This document shows, piece after piece, positions 13,545 through 23,821 of a DNA stretch of 64,000 nucleotides. Under the pieces are notes generated by a model that saw only the letters and a program-made list of their open reading frames with translations, was not told the origin of the DNA and did no database searches. Within the stretch, counting starts at the first letter, position 1; each line of letters opens with the position of its first letter. The DNA is taken from assembly GCA_038087875.1 (NCBI GenBank), contig CM076000.1, positions 930,001 through 994,000 on the forward strand. The letters run 5' to 3'. A program made the translations under genes and the position numbers. Source of the DNA: Malacoraja senta (Eukaryota).

Positions 13545-14542
13545 TATGTAGCGCTATCACCAAATGACTATCGCCCCATAGATCTGCTGTGCCAGTGCAT
13601 TGAGCAAGTCAAAGACTGGATGTGCCAAAAGTTCCTCCAACTAAATAAGGACAAAACGGAGATAATTGTTTTTGGTGCTAAAAAAGAAAGGCTTAAAGTA
13701 ACCCAACACCTTCACTCTCTGTTCCTGAAAACTTCAAACAAAGCCAGAAATCTCGGGGTTATTATGGATTCAGATTTACATTTCGACAGTCACATCAAAT
13801 CAGTAACAAAATCGGCTTACTATCACCTCAAAAACGTAGCAAGACTAAGAGGACTCATGTCAGCTCAAGACTTAGAAAAACATGTACATGCCTTTATTAC
13901 TAGTAGGCTAGATTATTGTAACGGTCTCCTTGCAGGTCTTCCGAAAAAAAATGTCAGGCAGCTACAGCTTGTTCAGAACGCTGTTGCTAGAGTTCTAACA
14001 AAGACCAAAAAATTTGAACACATTACACCAATTCTTAAATCCTTACATTGGCTCCCTGTATGTCAGAGAATTGATTTCAAAATCCTGCTGCTCACCTATA
14101 AATCACTACATGGTTTAGGGCCAAAGTATATCACTGACATGCTTCCACTATATAAGCCTTCTAGACCGCTAAGATCTTCTGAGACCAATCTGTTAGTAAA
14201 TACAAAATGTGGGAAAGCAGGATTTAGTTACTATGCAACAAATAGCTGGAATAAACTTCCTGAAGATTTAAGACTTGCCCCTACTTTCACCACTTTTAAA
14301 ACAAGACTGAAAACTTTTATGTTTACTTTAGCTTTCAGCTAAATCTTAACTACATTGCACTTTTAACTTTTGCACTTTTCTACAATGCATTTTTAACTTT
14401 GCTTTTCTTTTCTTTTAATTCTTCTATTTTATTTAATTTTATTATTTAATTTTATTGTATGACATGTTTTTATGTGAAGCACTTTGAGTCTGCCTCGTGT
14501 ATGAAATGTGCTATATAAATAAAGTTGCAGTTGCAGTTGCAG
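13545..14542 (+). mobile_element. L2-clade LINE, 5'-truncated, open RT C-terminal ORF (13542-14342)
   Basis: FLQLNKDKTEIIVFG, HAFITSRLDYCN and HITPILKSLHWLPV are L2 signatures; (gttgca)n tail; possible TSD tagtg on both sides. Confidence 0.92.
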
Positions 14543-14605
14543 TAGTGATACAGCCAGGAAAAGACCCTTCAGCCCAGCGAGACCGCACCAACCAGCACGC
14601 ACATA

Positions 14606-16203
14606 CAGTGCATTCAGAAAGTATTCAGACCCCTTCACTTTTCCACATTTTGTTACGTTACAGCCTTATTTTAAAATGGATTAAATTCTTTTTTTTATCA
14701 TCAATCTACACACAATACCCCAGAATGAAGAAGCAAAAACAGGTGTTTAACATTTTTTGTAAAGTAATTAAAAATAACTGAAATATCACATTTACATAAG
14801 TACTCAGACCCTTTGCTATGACATTCAAAATTGAGCTTAGGTTCATCCTGTTTCCATTGATTATCCTTGAGATGTTTCTGCAACTTGATTGGAGTCCACC
14901 AGTGGTAAATTAAATTGATTGGACATGATTTGGTAAGGCACACACCTGTCTATATAAGGTCCCACAGTTAACAGTGCGTGTCAGAGCAAAAACCAAGCCA
15001 TAAAGATGAAGCAATTGTCCATAGACCTCCGAGACAGGATTGTGTCGAGACACAGATCTGGAGAAGGGTATACAACAATTTCTGCAGCATTGCAGGTCCC
15101 GAAGAGCACAATGGCCTCCGTCATTCTTAAATGGAAGAACTTTGGAACCACCAGGACTCTTCATAGAGCTGGGCGCCAGGCCAAACTGAGCAATTGGGGG
15201 AGAAGGGTGACCAAGAACCCGATGGTCACTCTGACAGAGCTCCAGAGTTCCTCCGTGGAGATGGGAGAACCTTCCAGAAGGACAACTATATCTGCAGCAC
15301 TCCACCAATCAGGTAGAGTGGTAGACGGAAGCCACTCCTCAGTAAAAGGCAAATGACAGCCGCTTGGAGTTTGCCAAAAGGCACCTAAAGGACTCTCAGA
15401 CCATGAGAAACAAGATTCTCTGGTCTAATGAAACCAAGATTGAACTCTTTGGCCTGCATGCCAAGCGTCAGGAGGAAACCAGGCACCGCTCATCACCTGG
15501 TCAATACCGTACCTACGGTGAAGCATGGTGGTGGCAGCATCATGCTGTGGGGATGTTTTTCAGCTGCAGGAACTGGGAGACTAGTCAGGATCGAGGGAAA
15601 GATAAACGGAGCAAAGTATAGAGAGATCCTTGATGAAAACCTGCTCCAGAGAGTTCTGGACCTCGGACTGGGGCAGAGGTTCACCTTCCAACAGGAAAAT
15701 GACCCTAAGCACACAGCCAAGACAACGCAGGAGTGGCTTCATGACAAGTCTGTGAATGCCGAGTGGCCCAGCCAGAGCCTGGACTTGAACCCGATCGAAC
15801 ATCTCTGGAGGGACCTGAAAATAGTTGTGCATCGACGCTCCCTATCCAACCTGACAGAGCTTGAGAGGAGCTGCAGAGAATGGGAGAAATTACCCAAATA
15901 CAGGTGTGCCAAGCTTGTAGCATCATACCCAAGAAGACTTGGGGCTGTGTTTAAGAAAGAACTGCTGATGCTGGAATCGCTGCTAAAGGTGCCTCAACAA
16001 AGTACTGAGTAAAGGGTCGGAATACCTATGTAAATGTGATATTTCAGTTATTTCTTTTTAATTACTTTGCAAAAATTTCTAAACACCTGTTTTCGCTTTT
16101 TTATTGTGTGTAGATTGATGATAAAAAATTTTTTTTAATCCATTTTAGAATAAGGCTGTAACGTAACAAAATGTGGAAAAAGTGAAGGGGTCTGAATACA
16201 CTG
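14606..16203 (+). mobile_element. Tc1-family DNA transposon (IR/DR type), transposase pseudogene at 15006-16010
   Basis: TA|CAGTG...CACTG|TA; ~210-bp TIRs with internal direct repeats (gtattcagaccc / gtactcagaccc); motifs WSNETKIELFG, PTVKHGGGSIMLWGCF, FQQENDPKH, WPSQSLDLNPIEHLW; frameshifted, with the first two catalytic D positions altered. Confidence 0.97.
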
Positions 16204-16649
16204 TACATTGGTTCTATCCTACACACTAGGGACTATTCACAGAAGCCAATTAACCTACAAACCTACACGTCTTTGGGATGTGGGAGGAACACCGGGAGAA
16301 CATGCAGACTCCGTGCAGACAGCACCCCTAATCCGGATCAAATGTAAGGCAGCAGACCTACTGCTGCACCACCCTTTTTTTTCCAGGACTTAATCAAGTC
16401 TATCCTGAGACACTCTGGGAAGGAAGCAAATAAATTGTGTGCCCCCCCCCCCTCCCCAGGCAAAGATGTTTATATAATCGATTGCCAGAATGGGATGCCA
16501 GAAGACTAGAAGGTGGCTAATGAAGTTGCCCTACTTCAGAAAAGCTGAAAAAGGCTGGGAACTACCAACAGCTGAGCCTTAAAGCGGAGGTAGGTAAGAT
16601 ATTGGCGGGAACTCAGACACAGAAACTACATGGCTCAAAATATTTATTT

Positions 16650-17600
16650 TATTATCACTTTACTTTAATTTTTACTTTACTTTATTGTCATTGTAGTGGT
16701 GCATACAACAAAATTCAGGTGCACTGCCTGAGCGGAGCTCAAATGTACAAGATGAAAAATAACAATAAAATAACAGTAAAAAGTGAGAAAAATAAAAATT
16801 GTTCATACATTCACGTGCACATACTGTGACACATGCACACAGATTCACACACGCATACACATTATGCCTACGTATGCACCATTACCAGAATATAAGATAT
16901 TGCACTCAGAAGGTCATTGTCAGAATATAAGATATTGCACAGAATAGTATTATAAAAAAGAACTATTATAAATGAATATATCAGTATTGCACAGTATAAA
17001 TATTGACTGTGGTCCATTGACTCAGTGCAGAGTTCAGTGTGTTGATGGCCTTAGGGTGGAAACTGTTTGTTAGTCTTGTGGTGTGAGCTTTAATGGACCT
17101 GTAGATCTTTCCTGAGGGCAGAAGGGCAAACAAGTGATGGGCGGGGTGAGATGGGTCATTTAGGATGCAGGATGCCTTCCGTAGGCAACGGGAGCTATAG
17201 ATGTCTTCCAGGGCAGGCAGATGTGTGTTGGTGATCTTCTGGGCTGTGTTGATGACTCTCTGCAGAGGCTTCTTGTCAGCCACAGAACTGTTGCCATACC
17301 ACACCAGGATACCATGTGTCCGGACACTCTCAATGGAGCAATGGAGCAATGGTAGAAGGACACTAGCAGCTGTTGCGGCAAGTTGACTTTCCTGAGTGTT
17401 CTTAGGAAGTGAAGCCGTTGTTGTGCCTTCTTAACCAAAGAGTTTAAGTTGGTTGACCACGTGACGTCTTCTGAGATGTGGGTGCCCAGGAACCTGAAAC
17501 TGGAGACTCTAACCACTCTTTCTCTGTTTATGTGCAGTGAGGGATGGTCACCCTGCTTCTTCCTGAAGTCGATGATGAGCTCTTTTGTTTTTTGTACATT
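16650..17600 (-). mobile_element. Rex1/Babar LINE 3' part
   Basis: KTKELIIDFRKK, FRFLGTHISEDVTW, KKAQQRLHFLR, DPSHPAHHLFALLPSG; AT-rich 3' UTR and tail. Confidence 0.9.
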
Positions 17601-17639
17601 GTAATTGTAGTGACATTTTTTTTTCTCATGTTTTTTGTA

Positions 17640-18135
17640 CATTGTCATTGCACAGTGATTTATTTGCATACAGATCAGTAAGATCATTACCATATACAAG
17701 TTCAATCCCCAGTTAAGTACAGAATGCATAGAAACAGCCCACTGAGTCCATATGCAAGAGTCACCAGGTTTTGGCACCATGTTCAATGTCCCAGCTGCAG
17801 CTAGCCATAAAGGGCTATTGTAGCTGTCGCCATGATCTGGATTGCTCACAAACCATCGTCCCTCTCCTCGCCTGGCCGCATTCTGTCTTTGTGCCCTGGG
17901 CTCGCCTCCCGCAGCCAACCTTGAGGGCTCAGTTCTTCTTACCGGCCCTTTGCTGTGTCCGCCGCTGTCGCCACCAATTCCTCTCTGGTTCCCGGTCTTC
18001 AGGATCGAGCAGGAGACGAGCCTTGGACGAGGCCCCCACACCGGGCAGGTTCCCACTTCCGCAATGGGTGAGTCAGGCCTGCTGCCTGGTAGCGGTCCGC
18101 GGCCCTCCGGAAGCTTTTGCCTCACGTGCCTCTCC
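17640..18135 (-). mobile_element. GC-rich non-coding SINE-like insertion
   Basis: CpG-rich body with an aataaa-type tail on the minus strand at ~17660; similar in style to 20365-21040; no coding homology recognised. Confidence 0.4.
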
Positions 18136-18229
18136 GGGAGCTTCCCACATTTACATGCATTTGGAAAAGTAAGGACTGATTAGGGATAGATACATAGGTT
18201 TGTGCAAGGAATAAAATCACATCATTATT

Positions 18230-19170
18230 TTGATGTCGTTTTTTTTGAAGAGATGACCAAGTGTAGTCAATAAACATCAGACGACGTATCCCCGCGCCTT
18301 TCCCATTATAGCCGGGGACTTCAACAAGGCTGGCTTGAAGAAGTAATTTCCTATCTACCACCAGCATGTGTCCTGCAGCACCTGAGGATCAAACACTCTC
18401 GACCACTGCTATTCCACCATCAAGGATGCTTATCGCACAATTCCTCGCCCTTGCTTGAGGAGATCAGACCACTTAGCTTCGACAGGCATGCACTGGAGTG
18501 CAGCTCCAGTGGTGAGGACTGCAAAGACTCCACAATGACTTTAACCTGTTCAGTGCCACCCCCGAGTATACTCGGGTCATGGGCAAAAGTGTTAAAAAAA
18601 ATGATAGTGAACACGTTAAGTCGAATAAGAGTGGCCGATGGTCAAGGATTCAACAACGAACGTGAATGAATACGGCACAGTCGTTATCAAATGCAGTGTA
18701 TCGAGCATCGTATTCCCAAAATAAACAGCCGAGTGTTTCCCAACCAGAAGCCTTGGATTAATCAAAAGATCCACAATCTACTGATTCAAATCTGATGATG
18801 CAGGTTCATATAAGTAGTCCAGATATGATCTTGACATCAGAAAGGCAAAGAGACACTTTTGTTCTAAAATGGGAGACAGAGTGGTGGACATCACCTGGTC
18901 GATGACGTGTACTGATCTCCCCAACCATTGAAAGGATCTATTGTAGGCACTGCCTGAAGAAGGCAGCCTGCCTCACCAAAGACCCACACCACCCTGGCCA
19001 TGCCCTCATTTCACTCCTACCATGGGAAGAATGTATAAGAGTTTGAAAACCGTGACCATAAGGTTCAAGAATAGCTTCTTCCCAGCAACCATCAGGCTCT
19101 TGAAACACTCCAAAATACTAACTAAACTTTGAACACTGGACTGTCTTAGGTTATTTTGTTTTATTCTAAA
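18230..19170 (+). mobile_element. Internally deleted Rex1-like LINE (AP endonuclease remnant plus 3' end)
   Basis: IIAGDFNKA...NTLDHCYSTIKDAY (18305-18435), RVFPNQKPWIN (~18730), KDPHHPGHALISLLP (~18980). Confidence 0.75.
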
Positions 19171-19619
19171 CATCTTTTCCCACTCCCACCCCTCTGCTAC
19201 AAAAAACTAACTTGCTTTCTCTCTCTCTCTCCCTAGTTCCCAAGGCTGAGAATAATAAAACCAAATGTCAATGTAGGTTAAACTTGATTTTTTTTTTTAA
19301 GTCTTTATTTCTGGTTCAGTTTGTGGACTTATTTTTTCCTGTTTGTACTAGTGGGCCACAAAAATCAGTTGTTTCTGCACCTAAGGCTACTTTCCTGCAT
19401 GGAAACTTCAAAAAAACTATCAGTTTCTTTCTTGAATATACTAAGTGACACAGCTTCACATCCCCTTTAAAATGGAAAATTCAAAGGATTCACTTGCCCC
19501 CTGGTTGAGAAAATCATGTCTTGCATGCACATAATCTGCAATCGTCCAGGCTGTGAGTTAAGCATCAAAAGTGATCCCATTGGTCACAATGCCTCATTGA
19601 CTTTCTTTTACTGAACCTG

Positions 19620-20090
19620 TTAACTGCTTGACTGCATATTGTACTGCTGCCAATAAGCTGGAAAGAGTGCCGAAAAGCATACAAATATTGCCAAGACTTG
19701 AGGGACTTAGTTACAGGAAGAAGTTGGGCAGGCTGGAACTTGGGGTGTAGAAGATCAAAGGGCGATCTTATTGGGGTATATAAAATCATAAGGGGCACCG
19801 AGGATGAAAACTAGATGGCATCCATTTAAAGTGAGAGGGGAAAGATTTCATAGGAACCTGAGGGGTAACTTCTTCATACGGAGGATAATACATAAATCGA
19901 ACAAACTGCTAGAGGAAGTTGTTGAGCCAGGTGCAGGAACAACATTTAAAAGACATTTGGACACACGTGAATAGGAAAGGTTTAGGGGGATATGGGTCAA
20001 ATGGACAAACTTAGCTTAGATGGGCATCTTGGTCAGCATAGACAAGTTGGGCTGATGGGCCTGTTTCAGTGCTCTGTGACTCTTTGCATA
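19620..20090 (+). mobile_element. CR1 3' fragment, degraded
   Basis: GDLIGVYKIIRG and fkvrgerf-type coding remnant plus CR1 3' UTR. Confidence 0.75.
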
Positions 20091-20364
20091 CATAAAAATC
20101 TGCTAGGAATCATTCCCTCACACTGAACAACTTTAACAAAAGTGCCGTTTTCTTTTACACAACCATGTACACCTGAACTTTCCTGCTCCATTTCTGCCCA
20201 TACTTTCACCCTTTTCACTTTATGCCGCCACTTTATCCATGATCACATTGAATGGCGGTGCTGGCTCGAAGGGCCGAATGGCCTACTCCTGCACCTATTG
20301 TCTATTGTCACTGTCATACCACTGAAAATTCATCATCCAGGCAAATTGGAGTAGTTGGCAATCA

Positions 20365-21040
20365 AGACAAGACAAGGGACAAGAGACATTTATTGTCACA
20401 TGCACCAATTGGTACAATGAAATTTGTGGTTACCATACAGCCATACGAATAAAATAAAGAACACAGAACACGATAGTCTATAACATAAACATCCCCACAC
20501 AGCGGTATCAAAGTTTCCCACTGTGAAGGCACCAAAGTTCAGTCATCCTCCTCTTCGATGTTCTTTGATGTTCACCCGTTGTCGGGGCCTTCCGAGCCCT
20601 CCACAGTCGCCGCTACGGGCGGCCCGATGTTCAGGCCCTCTCGCCGGGATGATGGAACCGACGTCAGAACGGAACATCCTCAGCGGCTTGGACTTCCGAA
20701 TCGGCTACTTCCTACCGGAGACCACAGGCCGAGCTTGGCGGAGATTCAACGCTGGCGACCCCGGACAAAGGATCCCAGGACTCCGTGATGTTGGTCAGCG
20801 CCGCCCGCGGCTGGGAGCTCTGCAACCACAGCTCCGCGATGTTGACGCAGCAAGCCCAACACTACGGAGCTTCAAACGGCGATCCCAGGTAAGGCATCGC
20901 CCGCTCCGCAATGTTTCCAGCGCTGTGCCGCTGCTGAAGCTCTGGTCCGGTCCCCGGCAGGAAAGGCCGTGCCAATCCAGTTGGTAGGCCGCGAGGAGGG
21001 GGGGCGAGGACGCGACTCTCGTCCCTGCGACAAAGGCGAG
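20365..21040 (-). mobile_element. GC-rich non-autonomous retroelement (SINE-like), family shared with 30430-30890
   Basis: 20480-20800 is the reverse complement of 30460-30830 at high similarity; 3' tail catgtgacaataaatgtctcttgt. Confidence 0.8.
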
Positions 21041-21084
21041 CTTAATATATCAATTTAATCAACTCACAATATTACAATATCTTA

Positions 21085-21541
21085 TCTATCTATTATATAA
21101 AACTCTGTGGCTGCCTGACTTGTGTCCGCCTGACTTCCGTCTGCCACCAAATCCCCTTTGATACCGCCCCAGGCCCACACAGCGTGCGGAAAGGCCCATG
21201 CTTTTGACCATTTCCAAAGAGATGACATTTATCTTTACGAATAGTCACTCCTGATTAAATTTGGTCGTGTTTATGTACACGTTTTAAAATAAAATTCATC
21301 CCCCCCCACCCCCCCACCACCACTCGATTTTCTCCGATTTTCTCCGAAACCGACTCCATCTTTTTTTCGCCGATTTTCTCCGCAAACGACGCCATCTTTT
21401 TTTCGCCGATTTTCTCCAATTTTCCACGCCATCTTTTTTTCCCCGATTTTCACCCCGGTGTCTGAAGCACGTTCGGCAACAACACCCCAGGGTGTGAAGC
21501 ACTTTCGGGGACCAGACCCAACGGGTCTGCACTTGGTCTAG
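21085..21541 (+). mobile_element. Non-autonomous Helitron, unit 1
   Basis: a|TCTAT start; 3' hairpin cagaccc-aac-gggtctg followed by ttggtCTAG|t; no TSD. Confidence 0.8.
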
Positions 21542-22845
21542 TAACTATTAAAACTCTGATCTTGGATGTGTGTGTATTTATTTGTGTGTGTGTGTGTGTG
21601 TATCATGTTCGTCTACGTTTCACATCTCCTCGAAAACACGACGCGCTAACGGTGAAAATGTTATATTCCGGTAGAGATTTACGCCACGATGTCAAATATC
21701 GCCTCATCTGAAAATTTGATGCATTATTTCCCAGGTTATTTATGAAAATTTTCAAAAAATTCAAATATCTTGGTAAATAAACGAGATAGTCTCGCTGATG
21801 GGGGGGGGGGGGGTAGAGTGGGGGGGGGAGGAGAGTGTGGGGGAGGGAGAGTGTGGGGGGGAGGAGAGAGTGGGGGGGGGGAGAGAGTGCGGGGGAGGAG
21901 AGAGTGGGGGGGAGGAGAGAGTGGGGGGGAGGAGAGAGTGGGGGGGAGGAGAGAGTGGGGGGGAGGAGAGAGTGTGGGGGAGGAGAGAGTGTGGGGGAGG
22001 AGAGAGTGGGGGGGAGGAGAGAGTGGGGGGAGGAGAGAGTGGGGGGGAGGAGAGAGTGGGGGGGAGGAGAGAGTGGGGGGGAGGAGAGTGGGGGGGAGGA
22101 GAGAGTGGGGGGGAGGAGAGAGTGGGGGGGAGGAGAGAGTGGGGGGGAGGAGAGAGTGGGGGGAGGAGAGAGTGGGGGGGAGGAGTGAGTGGGGGGGAGG
22201 AGAGAGTGGGGGGGAGGAGAGAGTGGGGGGGAGGAGAGAGTGGGGGGGAGGAGAGAGTGGGGGGGAGGAGAGAGTGGGGGGGAGGAGAGAGTGGGGGGGA
22301 GGAGAGAGTGGGGGGGAGGAGAGTGGGGGGGAGGAGAGTGGGGGGGAGGAGAGTGGGGGGGAGGAGAGTGGGGGGGAGGAGAGTGGGGGGGAGGAGAGGG
22401 GACCCTCCCTCTCTGCTCCCCCCTCCCTCTGCCCCCCCTCCCTCTCTGCCAGCCCCCCTTCCTCTCTGCCCCCCTTTCCTCACTGCCCCTCCCTCCCTCT
22501 CTGCCCCCCTCCCTCTCTAGGGAGTGGTGAATATTGGGACCTATGGGTGAGTGGTGGAGTATTGCGTTCGAGAACCAGCCCTCCCCTGTGATGCCGCGCC
22601 TCCCCCCATTCCTCAATCTCTACCCCCCCACTCTCCCTCTCTACCCCCCTCTAGCCACACCTGCGCAGTTGGGGGTTATGCATGAGTGGATAGGGCGGGG
22701 AATGGGGTAAAAGGAGCAAATGAATAATATTCATATAATATCAAGGGGGGGGGGGTTAGTGTGTGTGTGTGACGCCGAAGGCCGCCCCCCCCCCCCACAA
22801 CCGTGCGTTGAGGGGACAGGACCCAATGGATCCCCTTTGGTCTAG
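21542..22845 (+). mobile_element. Non-autonomous Helitron, unit 2 (tandem to unit 1)
   Basis: Starts taactattaaaactctg, like unit 1; 3' hairpin ggaccca-a-tggatcc then ttggtCTAG|t. Confidence 0.75.
21798..22400. repeat. G-rich minisatellite (gagagagtgggggggag)n, 15-17-bp unit
   Basis: Directly visible; nearly pure purine with G6-7 runs. Confidence 0.97.
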
Positions 22846-23189
22846 TACATATATATGACTATAAATATGTATGTAAAAAGAAAAAATATTCTTTCTTCAA
22901 ATGAGCAACATGCTTGTTCTGCTCATGTTAGATAAATACATTTTAATCATAAGGATTTTAATCAAATTATTTTACAAAAATGTGTAATAAATTACAGAAT
23001 CCTTACAGAAATAAGGATTGGTTCATTGAAAGAACTTCTAAATTACACTCATACATACACTGCTCTTTTCCACTTTTATAATGACCCAATTCTATTTCTG
23101 TTCATTTGTTGACAAAACTTGAATCCACACACTTTGAATAATACATCAGAATAATACCTGGGTAACAGGCATTTTGGTCCACCACATCT

Positions 23190-23440
23190 GCACTAATACT
23201 AAATATCCTTTTGCATCCCCATCAACCTTGCACCCTGCACTTTGACTCTCCTGCCACTAACCAACACGCGGGGTAACTTATGGTAGTCAATAAACCTCCT
23301 TAACAACCAGCATGCCTTTTGCGCATGGGAGGAAACCCTAGCACTGGAGAAGGGGAGAATCGAAGTAAATCTTGCCAATTCCCCACAGAGATCACCCAAG
23401 GTAAAAGCTTGTCTCTGAAGCTGTGGGAGAGAAGTATGAA
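23190..23440 (-). mobile_element. Degraded tRNA/CR1-tail SINE
   Basis: tgggaggaaacc and gtcaataaacc motifs shared with the other SINE copies. Confidence 0.45.
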
Positions 23441-23821
23441 TAGTTATGTTCTATTCCACAGGGTTTCTTTGTTCTACCAGTCTTGACACGTCCCTTCATA
23501 TTGCTTCTGTGACCTTGAAGCCTAGCAAAATTCAGCAGACTGCCCTAACCTGCACCAAGTACCATTAACCCCACGATCTATTTTTGATGACCTACAATGA
23601 CTCCCATATAAGTAAAGCCTTAATTCAAAATGTATTTCCAAACCCCTCCACAGCCACACCTTTCTCTACCTGAGATTTTATCCAGTGCCAAACACTATCT
23701 CCTCTAACTCTGACCTCCAGATTATCCCAATTTCATGAATTTAAGGCAATGCCTTAAACTGTCAAAGTCTTGAGCACCAGAATTTCATGCCGAAATCCCT
23801 CTATATCACTATTTGTTTTTG

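Larger units (their letters stand above)
13525..16375 (-). mobile_element. tRNA-type SINE with CR1-like tail, split by L2 and Tc1 insertions
   Basis: (agttt)n tail at 13525-13545, body pieces at 14542-14605 and 16204-16375; homologous to the SINEs at 42165-42775. Confidence 0.7.

Noticed and set aside
17160..18125. 321-aa ORF as a gene
   Set aside because: Chance read-through from a GC-rich repeat into a Rex1 RT fragment.
21603..22616. Long Pro/Ser-rich and Gly/Glu-rich ORFs (extensin-like)
   Set aside because: Products of a stop-free minisatellite that is open in several frames on both strands.
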